Position numbers and translations under genes: made by a program. Positions 24,590 to 37,131 of a DNA stretch of 64,000 bases are shown piece by piece. The DNA is from Tubiluchus corallicola. Its lineage: Eukaryota > Animalia > Priapulida. The notes below the pieces were generated by a model. It was given only the letters and a program-made list of their open reading frames with translations. It did not search any database and was not told the origin of the DNA. How positions within the stretch are numbered: position 1 is the stretch's first letter; every line of letters starts with the position of its first letter. The stretch covers positions 558,001-622,000 of the forward strand of contig JAQGDQ010000088.1 of NCBI GenBank assembly GCA_030141605.1, read 5' to 3'.

Positions 24590-26362
24590 GGCTAAGGCAC
24601 TCTCATGTTTCTCTATAGCTAACTATGGACATTCGTCACGAGATTGGCACTTACACTGAGTCATGTGTTGCGCTGTCAGTAATCAGAATAATGACAGCTG
24701 CATACAATTTGTGCATCAGCGGTTGTCTGCATTAATTTGTTTTGTGAAAGTACAGGCAATGCTTGCATCTGTTAAACAACCGGTTTGATAAAATTGCTGA
24801 AAGACTTAAGAGTATAGCATCAAGCTTAAATCTGACCAACGAAATATGCAACAGAAATGATAAAAGCATTTTAACTAAATAGTTCTGTCCCGCTAGGTCA
24901 TTTTCAAGGTCAAAAATTCAAGTAACTTCATACACCACCTATCTGAAGTTTTATTGCAGATTCTGAAAGCTTATTGAATTCCCTTTAAAATGAAAACACT
25001 CCCATCAAAATTGGACTTTTTGATTTATAACCCTTTGAAAATTGCAGGCAATGCCCATTTTGGCGATTTTTTTGGCCTTTTCGGCCATAATTCTTGAACC
25101 GTTGGTCAGATTTCGCTCAAATTTGGGATTTTTCCTGGGTGATTTCACCTGGAATGACACTATTGAAAAATCATGTTTATATCGGATTCAAAATTATTTG
25201 TTTCTTACTTCTAATAAATAATTAATATATTGTGCTTTGTTCTATATAAAAAATCGTTTTCATTCAAACTGAGATCCCTAACTGTATGAAACAAGCAATG
25301 AAACAACCAAACTGACATATTCTGTGTCGATAGTGGTTAAAATACATCTGACAAAGTGTACATAAGGCTTGATTGGATTAAATGATCGTGTTTTCACGAT
25401 TCAGCTTTAAACATTTGCAAAACTTCAAAAACTTCATTTTCTTCCCTACCTACTGACATTTCTTTAATTATGAGGTAAGACTGAATTTTTTTGTGACAAG
25501 CCTGACCAGTAATCGTCAGTCCATCGTATCGAATACGGAATTGCGTGGTGAAAATTGAGGGGACATCGATTGTGATAGATTGCTGAAATGATGCCTAAAA
25601 CACCTTCAAACTTGATGCTTATGATGCTCAGGAAACAGCCACAAAGTTAATACAAAGTCTTAAGCAATGCACACTCTATCACTTTGTCATGATGTGAAGT
25701 CTCGTTGTAAAGAACACAACACCATTGTTTTACACTGTGACGAATTGACATGACAAAAAAATTATGCATTTTTAACTTTGTTGTGACTTACTGCTTGCTC
25801 TGCAACATAATTTGTTGGCAAACCTTATATTTTCTCGATAAATTATGTCGAAAAGCCAAAAAAACAGTAAGTATAGTATAACTTTCTTAACACCGGTCTC
25901 ACATACAAGAGATGTGCGTCTTAAATCAGGCAATCAAGTAACATTGTGTAATTCGTTTGGTGCCGGCACTTTTGTAGCTAATTTATAGTTTATTCAAGTA
26001 CGCTTACTAGACATTGTCATTTGCCTTCATACTTATGCGCAGGCAAGATAGTCTATAGATTGAATAATTATTACTAATAAGATGAGGAAAGTTTGTGTTG
26101 ATAAGCCTAAAATATCATAAGACAATTATAACTTTCAATTCTGATTAATTTAGCAGATAATTGCTTTACCTGTATGTATTAGAAACAAATAAGGACTTTA
26201 GTGGACCCTAAGACACTTTTAAGAATTCCACCTAACACCTTATGACAACTAGCGAAATGGACATAGGTGCACCCTTAGACGGTTTACGACATTGTCTTAG
26301 AGGTGTCGTAAGACAATGCACGAGTGCAAAAAGTTACAACGCGTACATGAATCTGGTCCCAG
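24590..26362. mobile_element. Cluster of unclassified non-autonomous DNA-transposon remnants
   Basis: Non-coding and CpG-containing, with motifs typical of invertebrate MITE interiors (CAAGGTCAAA, CATCAAAATTGGAC, CTCAAATTTGG). A Harbinger-like terminus CATGAATCTGGTCCC at about 26346-26360. Boundaries are uncertain. Confidence 0.35.
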
Positions 26363-26479
26363 GTCCTTATTTTTTCAACAAAGTTAATTTAATGAATTGC
26401 CGGGCTCCTCTTCAAGGTGCACATGCACTTGTGCTTAATATTTTTAAGCGCTTTTGTGCTTTTGTATGCTGGATACATC

Positions 26480-26775
26480 TGTAGCAGTTAAGCGTATGCT
26501 CATACACATCTGAGATTCCGGCGCTACATCATTCACCTGCTTGGGATCACGCTGAACTTAGTTGCCTGACAGAGACAGCAGAGCATACTGCACTCTAGTG
26601 GCTCTGTGTTTCCCTATTGGTGACTCGCCTTTCATTTAGATAGTGTTGCATAAGTGCTTCTGTATACGTATTAATCTCATTGCAGAGTTTTGTACATGAG
26701 CTGAGCAAATTTTTCTATATGATGATCTGTGTCTGGGCAGCTATTCAGTTGTAAGCGCTTATTATTTTTTTATTC
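26480..26775 (+). mobile_element. Possible decayed SINE with L2-type 3' tail
   Basis: A-box-like GCAGTTAAGCG at the 5' side and tail GTAAGCGCTTATTATTT at 26751-26767; no clear B box. Confidence 0.3.
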
Positions 26776-27488
26776 TGATTTCTCAGGCACTTAGACAGGC
26801 CCTTAATTAAGCATGAGTGCTCGAACGATAAAATTCAATGGATGCCATTTTTTCATTTGTGCACTCATTTTTTCTTGTACCATATTTGTTATCACTGCTA
26901 TTACTGCTTGAGCCATTTTTACCTAAATTTACTTTGAAGACAATTTAAATTGCCTTTGCAAGCTGTAACTGTTACCGAGTTTCAATCTGCTATGGATTTT
27001 ACTGTACCAGAAGTGTGAACTGTCTACATGTGCTTATGTTTTAATAAAGTTTAGCAGGCTGCTGGCTATAACTTCACTAGAAAATTAAAACATTGCCAGT
27101 GCATAGGAGGTAAATCAATAAGAGGTAAAAGTGCATTTTTGTAGTAGTTTATTAAAGTCCTTTTTCAAATTTCATCATAAAGCTCTGTTTAGTGTAAATA
27201 TGTCTGTTGGACCTTTTACGTCATTCACAGGTAATTAAGTAAACTTGCAGGTGTCCTTGCTTTATGTAGAATTTCTATGTAAACTGAGCTGTTGCTACTA
27301 TGTAATGCAACTACTTATTTTAGATTTTAAGTGTCTTTGAATATATAGTCATTCATAAAGCTATATATGATATTTTAATTCATAATACCATGTCTATTAT
27401 TTATGTCTTAATTCTTTTTGTGTTTGTAGATGCAAAATCTGTTAAAACATTGTGGTAAATCATTCTTTATTATTTAGCTTCAGCAATC

Positions 27489-30400
27489 ATGGTTGTGTTG
27501 ACTTCGTTTGATCCACCGACAGAAGGAATTGTTCGTCAAGAGTCACACTGTAAAGCAGTTGTCGGAAGCACTGACTTTGGTTTAGGAACTTTGTACATAG
27601 CTGAAAGGTACACATTATTAACTAACATGCAATACATATCATTTTTTTGCTGCTCTGAGGTAATCCTTGTTGTAAATATACTTGTGTGTACTGGTTACTG
27701 TGCAGATTAGAGATTTAGCAAACCACGATAGCAAGTAAAAAATACCACAGACATGTTTAACCCTTTCACTACATAAGCCGGCACATTGCTGCCTATGTTT
27801 TTCATGCAAGGGACAGAGGGCGGAAGACTGCCGCCCAAGCTGAGCACTAAGCGCAGTTACTCAGGTCTGTTTATTTCACTGCTACGACCATGCAAAACAT
27901 TGTAGAAATGTTTAACAGCTGCGGGATTAGGGTTGCTGCGCAACAAGTAACGCTAACCAGTCGATCAGGGTCTGAAGCCATGCAGGTCCATTCCACAATA
28001 CTGTACTGTATAGTGTGTTCCCACGCAAAATCACTTGTAGATCATTGATGAAACGTATGTTTAGTTGATTGTTCTGCTACTTACAAAATGGTTGCATATT
28101 ACAGATTAGAATTGTGTTTTTAATGCAAACTGATTTCTAAACATAAATACACATGTATTTATGAGGGTGTGCACGTGTGTGTGTGTGCGTGAGTGCATGT
28201 ATAGAAATAATACTAATAATTAATATTAGTGCTCAATAACAAACAACTATTTGTGTATTTACAAAATTCTGTTTTAGTAACATGCCACAAGAACCTATTG
28301 TCAAATGTGCAAAAGTCATTGTGGTCCAGTTAGAAAGCAACTACGTAGTGAAAGAGTTAAAAGTCAAGCATTCATAAATTACTCATGCCAAACTTGTCTG
28401 TCTTCCATTCCAAGTTTGTACTGCAGTCTTTGTTCTCAAAAACATTTGTTCAGCTATTGGGAAGTTTTTTGTTAATAACTTTTAATAAATCATATGTTAC
28501 TTATTGTACCTCTCTACTACAAAATTTACCTTAGTTTAGCTTGGTTTATTTATTTACTTACTCTTTCATTTATTAGTGAAGATTCAAGAATCTTTAGCAT
28601 TTATAAGCACATCATTTTACAATTAAATTTAAACTTGTCTAATTATATGGAGAATGACTTTAATTACAAACGAATGAAAAAACCAGTGAACTAAAAACCA
28701 ATTAACGTGTGCTTATGATGGGATTTAATGGTAATTATGATTATTAAATGACACAGTGACTATACTGCAGTGATTGAATAGAAATGTAGGCTACTATAGG
28801 TTATTATCTGACAAAAGACATTCTGCATACATTGTAACTAACGATTATTATTTCTTGTAGCAGAGTTTCCTGGGTTGGTGTAGACTCAAAAGGGTTTTCT
28901 TTGGAATATCCTGCTATTTCTATACATGCCGTTTCTCGTGACACAATAGCTTTTCCAAATCAGTGTCTATATCTCATGTTAAATGGTGATTTAGAAGGTA
29001 TAATCATTGTTTAAAATGTTAAAAGTAAGGAACATGACACTTCTTAAATTAGGAATAATCTTGTTTGCAATTTTTGTGTTTATGGAAGCAAAGAGTTGGT
29101 CCGGATGTTACTCAGTAGTGTAATAGCTACTTCATCTGATCGGCAATCGCAAGACCCTTTATTCAGTTTCTCAGATTTTTCTTGTAATTATTATAGTTCT
29201 TCTAAGTGATAACATAGTGATAACATTAAAATTCATTAATTAGTAGAACCTATTCTTCCAGCCTGTTTATGTGGGTGAGTTTAGTTTGATCTTAATTTCA
29301 AGGCTAAAAAATCTCCATGAAACTGGCTGTAACATTGTTGTTTTTTTGAAATCTTGATCTCTGAGATAAAAATAATGTAATAAATAATACATTACCCTTT
29401 GACTTGGCTTTATCAAAAAAAGTGCAAGTGATTTGTACCCCCCCCACCATATGTGGCATTTATGCAATTGACTAAAATTGTGACTCTTTTGTATGTATTT
29501 TCAAGTTAAGAAACTGTGCAATGCAAGTACTTTAATTTTTCCAAAATCCACAGTGCTCTGATTTCTGTTTAAAGACATTTGGCTTCAATGTTAATTTCTC
29601 TCTCTTCTAATGGAATTATATTTTTCAGGCACCCTTACGTAACCCGTAAGGTGCATTAATATCAGTTTTTTTGCAACTCTACAGATAAAGATTATTCTGC
29701 AGAGAGCAGTGCAACTGAAGCAGGCCAACATTCTAGAAATAATGACGATGGCAGTGGTGATGATGATGGTGATAATGACGAAGATGAGAAAATTACAGAA
29801 ATTAGATTTGTACCTCAAGATGCTACAGCACGTATGTTTTTGTTGCTTTTTCTTTTAGTTAGAATTATTGTTTTTTGGCTGAATATTATTTTTAAGGCAA
29901 CTTTACTATATGCTCCCATTTTGTAACTTATAAAGTAATTGTAAATTTTATATGTTCCCACACTAAATAAATAATTACTTGGTTAATTACCTGTCATTTA
30001 TACAGTAGGGGCCGCTTAATAGACTAACTCTGGGACCGACGTGTTTTGACCCAATTAACGGATTGAACTTATTAACCGATGGATGTAGTATTACATGTAT
30101 AGAAGTATGAGTTGTCAGCTTAGTATGCACTGCAAAGGTTTTTAATGAATTTTAGAAACAAAGTAATGCCTAAATTCCTTTTGTGCAGTTAAAAATTAGA
30201 AAAAATATTTTAAAATATTAATTTATATAATAGAATAATAGAATAATCGTAATCATAGAAACGTTGAAAATCTGTTGTTGTGCATGACTAAAACAGTTTT
30301 GAATCGTCTGCTCACTTACTTTGCTCTTATTTACTGTACGATGTTTACTCTTGTAAGTCACAAGGAATACCAGCTGATTATACTGTACCTGCATCTTTGA

Positions 30401-33400
30401 CTGTTAACTCATTAAGCCTGAAAGCGTGATTTGCAACAAGAGCATCAAAAGGAAACCGCTAGGCAAGTGATTAAATGTTTAGCTTCCAGAAATTCTTTGG
30501 GGTAACAGTGGGTGAGCTGGTAACATATTAGCGCATGATAAACGCACCTACTTATAAACAACACCGTACTTAACATGATTGTTTCTGTATACATAGTGCA
30601 CAAAAGGAGAGTAAAGATGACATAAAAGTAGGAAAGGCTCTTTGAGCACATACAAATGTCTTATTTTAAGTAGGTGGAGGAAAAATATTGAGTCAATTAC
30701 TGATAGTTTTTATGTATATTTGAATAGAAGCGGCCCATTCCAAGCATTTTTGAGTCAGTTAAGCGAGTCTATTAACTGTGAGCTTATTAAGCGGCGCCAA
30801 CAGTATCAGAATGATCAATTATTGCCTGATAAGAAACATCCCCAATTGAAAACTGCTAAAATTAGAACAAAGCTTATTGGATGAAGTTAGTAGCTTTTTG
30901 ATGAGGTTAGTTGACAGACGGTTACAAATGTCAACCAAAGTAAGCTCTATAATTATGCTGACGACAATACCGTCCTCAGTACAGAACCCTCACCTGCCGC
31001 ATTCAAGAAAATATTAAATGTCGCCACTTAAGATATTGTAAATTGGTTCAAACCAACCTGATGACAACAAAGCCTAAAAAATTTCAGAGTATTTTACTAT
31101 CTAAGCAAAATGTTACTGATGGTGAAAAATTTATTCAGGTTAAATAATACTGTAATAAAGTTAAACTCTTTGGAATTTATATAGTTGAAAGTCTGGAGTT
31201 TATATTGATAAGAAAGCTGCAAAGCAAGTCAGTATACTATTTAGGCTAAGAAAGCTGTTAGATACTGAAAGTAAATTGAAAATCTCTATGCTTTTCTAAA
31301 ATCTCAGTTTAGTTATTGTTCATTAATTTTTCGTTCTTGTGGCATTACAAATGCTAAGAAAATGGATAAGATGCATTATAGAGCATTGAAATGTGTCTTT
31401 AATGATTAGCTGTCCTCCTACATGCAACTTACTCAACGGTCTGGCACACAAACGTTGATTAGTGAACGTCAGAATCTATTTGCAGTTGAAGTACTTAAAC
31501 ACATACATAAAACTGGACTCTACAATCTGGATAACACATTCAGTATTAAGTCTCAGCACTACAGCCTGAGATCAGTACATACTCTAGAAATTCCCAAATT
31601 TTCAAGTGAAATTTGGTTATGTTCCTTTATCTTATCAAGGTTTCAAACTGTGCAATAAGTTACCTGAGAAGTGAAGAATGTGAAATTATTTAAACAAATT
31701 TAAAGATTCCATAAAAAATATTTGAAAAACGCCTCTGTGAATGTCAAATGCTGTCAGTGCTGCAAAACATGCTGTATACTTGCCATTTAACTTGCTGAGA
31801 TATGTACAAAATTACAATCTTGTACTTCTTAATATCGCAAGTATATTGTATAAATTTTTCTAAAATTGTCAACACTATAACTACTCTGTAAACCAATGTA
31901 TAGCTTCTTAATCGATCAATTACTTTGTAAACCCTCATGTCGAAATACTTTACATTTGTAATTATCCTGAAAAATGTCATCTAAACCATTTGTGTTTGAG
32001 TCAGTTTGTTATGAATCTCTTATATACCCATACTAAACACAGTATAACTTGTACTCAAATGTTTGCTACTATACTGTCATCTATGTATAGTACGCGTTCT
32101 TGCTTATCTTGTACTGCACTTATATGTGCGTCGTTTTATTTCTTCTTATTTTGTCTGAGGAAAATAGCCTTTGGTTAATGTTATCTCTGAAATATTTGAC
32201 AATAAATAAAATTTTTTACTACTACTACTATTTTATTGTATAACTCATAGCCTTTGGTAATTGAGCCTAACTGTAATTTTGAAATTTTAACAATTTACAT
32301 TTTCAATATTTGTATTCTTTTAATTTTGATTATGAAAAATAGTAAGTGCTATATATTAGTCCCTTTGGTGTAGTAATTATTATCTGGTCATATTTATAGG
32401 AATTGATTTCATTTCTATGATCATTCATCAACCTAGTAAATCATTTAGTTGAATATCAGGTGATGCATTGTTCTATAATATGTAATTGTGTGTTGTGTTA
32501 CACATGTATCATAAAATTATATGAATCCATTACACACTTTTCATTACAAATTTTTGGTATGAACAGAAATCGTTAAGTATGCATTTTCATTGTTAGCACC
32601 AACATATAATTCATGATAAAATGCCATTATCGTGGTGAACACAGTCTTGGATTAGCAGTGTAAAACCTAAGTACAATACCTTTAAAATGTTAGTGTATTT
32701 AAAGGTTAGTGTAAAAAATAAAATTATATTTGCTATATTCCATTTTCCTTATGCTTAAACCTGCTCAGTCTAGACGACTTTTATCAATTTTTCATGAATG
32801 TTATGACTTGTTTTTACAGTAGATGCAATGTTTGCCGCAATGTCAGACTGCCAGATCCTGCATCCAGATGAACAAGATTTTGACGAAGGTAATTTTAGTG
32901 CTGGGACATTTAAACAACTTTATCATTTATAATTAGTTGGGCTTTTATTTTCAATCACTGATTATTCAGCTGCCAACACAAATCAATTGCTCTACAATGC
33001 CATTTACATTTTTCGGAAAAACAAAAATCGCACACCAATATCATATCATCATATTATGTTCATTTGACGAAGGACGTAACATCGTTAACCTTCTGTTGCC
33101 AAGTGCTTCGGTCTTTAGCTACTGTCCAACATGAAGTACCTTTCAGAATTAGCGACCACTGCTCTATTGAGATCTTTTTCCATTCACGTAAGTAATCTGC
33201 CACCTCTTGGTTTCTTTGATTGTTGAATTTTATTCATGAAAAGCTTTAATAAATGGATTATCTTCTGGTAGTCTCACAGCATAACCTAATCATGCTGTAT
33301 CTAATCTTCCTGGCCCATTTATCTTCCTTGACTTATTGCACAATGTACAAAGCAATGAAATCAAGCAATATATCACTGCTTCTGTGCAGCCACTTATCAC

Positions 33401-34043
33401 CCTGGCAACATTGCTTATGAACTGTTTGGCGCACTAGCGAATAATGGATTTGCAGACATGGATCCACACTAATTTTGTGGTTTCGTAACATGGATAATGA
33501 ATTAGTTGCAGATTTTTAATGCCTAAATTTGCAAATTCTACTTGAATTTGTAGTATGCATGATTTGTCATAGATAAGTGCCTCTTGTAATTAGTAAAATC
33601 ACTTTAAAGTCACAATAATTTCATGCTTGGACACTCTTATGTTGAATGCTCATTCTTCCACCAATGACGTTGTTCGTCGATTGGATAAAAGCAGCGCACA
33701 ATTAAATTCGGTCTAAAACAAATTTGGTTTTTACAAAAAATTGGGTAGCTAATTTTGCGATATTTTTTGTATGAACATTAGGTAAGCTGCAGAAGAATTA
33801 ATTAGTTTAAGCAATGAGTACTTAGTAAAAGTCACATAGTCCATCAGTTACGTCACAATTTCACGTGAACTGCATCAGAAAATTTCTATAGTGTGGTAGC
33901 ATGAATTAACTTTATGCTTTATAGACAATTTTTTGCAAATTTCTTTATTATATATTTCTAAATTTAGGTGATAACAGTAAAATAAATCCAGCAGGCTAAA
34001 GTGACTTGTCTTTTCCTTTAATAAATAACTGGTCTTAAAGTGA

Positions 34044-34142
<99 letters not shown>

Positions 34143-35065
34143 ATGCGTGTGTGCGTGTATATAGCCTTTTACTGTAACCAAGGCTAGATCAAGATAAAAA
34201 TGTCAGCATCACAATGACTCTTCACTTCTTGCAGTTGCTTTATTGTAAAACTGGGTATAGAAGCTTTGATCATTGTACAATTTTAAATGTATAAGAAGTT
34301 AATTGATATTATAGAATTTGATGATGGTCAGGATGCCATGGAGCAAGGAGATGGGGACATTGAATTTGAAATGACGCCACAAGGTCAGGCTACACTTGAG
34401 CGCTTAGAGGCCATGCTGCAAGCAGGACAAACTGAAAATGCACAAACTACAGGTACATCTTGTGGTATTATTATCATCATTTTGCTTCCACTATTATCTT
34501 TTGGCTGTGGATTAATGTAAATCTATAGCAATTTGGATGTTTCAAGTTTTCTAGAAACGTGGAAAAAAAAGAATTCCAAAAGTGGCATTTACGTGTCTTA
34601 TCATTCGACTTTTTTGATTATATTAATTTAGTTGAAAAATTCAATTGAAACTCAAAATACTGCACATAGTAATAATTGTTTATAACATAAAACTAGTCTA
34701 GAATTAAAATCACTTTTTAGAAAAATATAAGTGTAGTAATTAAACCGAGGTTTTATCAGGCCTTCATTGTTAGATATAGCGCATGAACAAAAAGTTGTTG
34801 TAGGACGTCCTTAATGATTCTTCGTTTAATGACTATACGTTTTACTGATGGCAAAATTTTCATTTTAATGTTTTTTTACATTGCGTAGCACTGAAAAATT
34901 GTTGATAGTGATAAACCTGCCTGCCTGGTCCGATAAAATTCGACTGCACTAACTTTCACGTGCAGTTTAGAACACTTCCTTGTGTTATTTTTAGGAACTC
35001 ATGGTGAAGGCGATAGCGAGGAAATGGATGCGCAGTTTGAAGATGCTGAACAGCCAGACCATTGA
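27489..35065 (+). CDS. CLNS1A: Methylosome subunit pICln (Sm-protein assembly chaperone), complete, 226 aa
   Basis: Exons 27489-27607 (MVVLTSFDPPTEGI...FGLGTLYIAE), 28861-28997 (SRVSW...GFSLEYPAISIHAVSRD), 29685-29831 (acidic loop, ITEIRFVPQD), 32820-32888 (LDAMFAAMSDCQILHPD), 34315-34452 (MTPQGQATLERLEAML) and 34995-35065 (AQFEDAEQPDH*). Total 681 nt, all GT-AG and in phase. Confidence 0.96.
27757..28360. mobile_element. piggyBac-like MITE in CLNS1A intron
   Basis: TTAA|CCCTTTCACTACAT ... ACGTAGTGAAAGAG|TTAA: TTAA target-site duplication and about 14-bp TIRs starting CCC/CTC; element 27761-28356. Confidence 0.85.
30003..30803. mobile_element. pogo/Tigger (Tc1-mariner superfamily) non-autonomous element
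   Basis: TA|CAGTAGGGGCCGCTTAATA ... TATTAAGCGGCGCCAACAG|TA: TA TSD, about 19-bp TIRs, subterminal TTAA(C/G)CG repeats. Confidence 0.8.
30880..32230 (+). mobile_element. 5'-truncated L2/Crack-group LINE, decayed
   Basis: KLYNYADDNT (RT catalytic motif) at about 30942-30972, plus PKKFQSILL, KLFGIYI, RKAAKQVSILFRLRKLLD and SQFSYCSLIF. 3' end AATAAATAAA followed by a (TAC)n tail at about 32200-32230. Confidence 0.8.
33040..33345 (-). mobile_element. 3' fragment of RTE-like LINE
   Basis: Minus-strand VKEDKWARKIR...LGYAVRLPEDNPFIKAF...KPRGGR...AKDRSTWQQKV, then an (ATG/ATGAT) tail. Confidence 0.6.
34046..34141. repeat. (TG)~48 microsatellite
   Basis: Uninterrupted TG run of about 96 bp; it explains the spurious poly-HT ORF at 33875-34144. 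Confidence 0.98.
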
Positions 35066-35881
35066 TTGTTAATCTCATTCCTAATTTTTTCAAGTTGAAT
35101 ATTTGTCTTGTTGAAGTTGTTGTGTACATGTGAATATTTCTTTCTGTTATGGAAAAAACAGTAATACGTACGAGTATTTTTGTAGGAGTTGAGCAATATA
35201 AATGACTTGCATTGTGATCCAGCTAGGTGTGACATTTCTATCATTTGCATTTGTGTAGTAATAACCCTCATAATCAGCACATTTTTGATTGATGCAGAAT
35301 TGATCTTCAGTAAGTTCAATTATGTAGGTTTTTTTTCTGGTTCACATAACGTACACACTGCTAGTTTTTAAAACCATGAGCAGTGAAATTCTACTAAACT
35401 GCTACAGCCACAGTAACTTTTTTCATTGGCCAAGCACGACTATCATCGTATGTATCTTGGCGTTACAGCCTTGTATTTAAACGGATTGTAGTAGTAATGA
35501 TCAAATGTAGCTATGTTTAATATTGCCAGTATGTTGTGTATCAAATTCAAGTTAGAATCATCCTGAGAATATTAGCGTAACTTGAAGGTGAATTTTTATA
35601 GTTGCTAAAACAAACTTTATTGCCACTGATATGTCCAAATAGAATCTTTGAAAAAAATGATTTCCAGTGTGCACACAATTGTATCATATCAGACACTTGT
35701 TATTTGTAAATGCAACCCTACTGTCATTTATCTGAGTTTTACACTACTATGCCAACTAAATCATCATTGATCACTTCCTTGAGATACACTGGCTCATGTA
35801 TAACTAATGCAGCATACTTTATCAACCAAATTATTTAAAAATTTGGATATTCTTGCAAGTTCTTGTTATATAGATGCAACA

Positions 35882-35887
35882 AATAAA
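35882..35887 (+). terminator. Candidate CLNS1A polyadenylation signal
   Basis: AATAAA about 820 nt after the stop codon, followed by U/GU-rich sequence (TATGTTTTATCT). Confidence 0.45.
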
Positions 35888-36209
35888 AATATTGCACTAT
35901 GTTTTATCTATAATGTTTTATCAACACTTTATTATACATCTTAAAAAAACTGATGCTTTTTTAAAACAACTGTTTAATAGAAAACACATAATTGAATATA
36001 TTTAATCAAATTTCTTTAACAGCCATCAAAACTTGTGAGGTTATAGACACTATTTGAAACTCTAACGTGCTCAAGACCTTCCATGACTAGTCACATTTAG
36101 GCTGAAGTCACATTGTAATGATAAATACACATTATGCTGAAGTTAAAAGATTGGTTAGCATAGCAGTAGACAAGTTAAACAATGTAAAATGATTTTACAT
36201 GCATTATTT

Positions 36210-37131
36210 GGGTATGTGACATTTGGCAAGGGATGTTTGGACGGGGACACTTGGGCAAGAGACATTTGGGCGCAAATAAGATTTAGTGTTTGTACATATT
36301 TATGATTTTTGGTTTTATTAAATTTTTAATGGTTCACTGAAACTCGTAATACTTTTCAAGAATCATCATTTCACAAAATAAATTGGTATTCCATGTGAAG
36401 CAGAAGGTGGTATCCACGTTTACATTAACATTTTATTAAAACATGACTGCATTTTATTTGAAAATATCTAGTGCATCACAAAATCATAAAAATAACAGAA
36501 ATGCAGTCAAGCCTCTTTATACTGCCTATTTATCGGACTGCAAAAAAAAAGTTGGTGTTATAGCGAGTTTGGCATTATAAAAGGGGTTATTATAACGAGG
36601 TTTAACTGTATGCGAAACAAAAAATTTACTTGCACCGAAATTTAATTTCAGTACAACTAGTGCAGGGATTTAACTAGTATTATATCACAGTTACTATATA
36701 CACTAAATGCTTGGTGTGCTTTAGAAGACACCAACCTAGAATGCGTTGCTTAGGTCATTAGTTGCTTATACTAACTAGTCATGATGAGTGTTTGTCAATA
36801 TCAAGATCAACAATAATGTAAGCATTTTACTGTATCTCTTGGGAAATGCATGTTTTTTTTGAAGGATGATATTACGTGTTGAGCAGCAACAACGCTTTTA
36901 GGTGCATACACAAGCTGAGTGAGTTATACGATAGTTTTTCCAGTTTTATACATGATCGTACTCACAAAAATAATTATTTCCTTTCATATGTTACATGGTT
37001 ACGAGGATGCCGACAATAATTCTAGCCTGTAACACACAACAGAAATAATGTATTCTTGCATGATCGGAGTCATGCTGGACAAAACTTGGAGCTGATGCTC
37101 CAAATGTCTCATGCCAGATGTCCTGTCCCCC
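36210..37131. mobile_element. MITE with tandem about 15-bp subterminal units (GACATTTGG..) in inverted orientation
   Basis: Left end GGGTATGTGACATTTGGCAAGGGATGTTTGGACGGGGACACTTGGGCAAGAGACATTTGGGCGC; right end reverse complement GGGGACAGGACATCTGGCATGAGACATTTGGAGC. Confidence 0.6.
36504..36608. mobile_element. Small Tigger/pogo-like MITE nested in the previous element
   Basis: CAGTCAAGCCTCTTTATA ... TATAACGAGGTTTAACTG|TA inverted termini; 105 bp. Confidence 0.65.

Noticed and set aside
32154-32200. CTGAGGA...GAAA as a second hammerhead ribozyme
   Set aside because: No compatible stems I/III; it lies in the 3' stem-loop/tail region of the L2-group LINE.
33875-34144. 89-aa His/Thr-repeat ORF
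   Set aside because: It is a translation of the (TG)n microsatellite.
35063-35115. Stop-codon readthrough or selenocysteine at the CLNS1A TGA (or the ENOX TGA at 38125)
   Set aside because: Both stops coincide with the conserved family C-termini and lack the TGA-CTA context, and no SECIS-like element was recognised.
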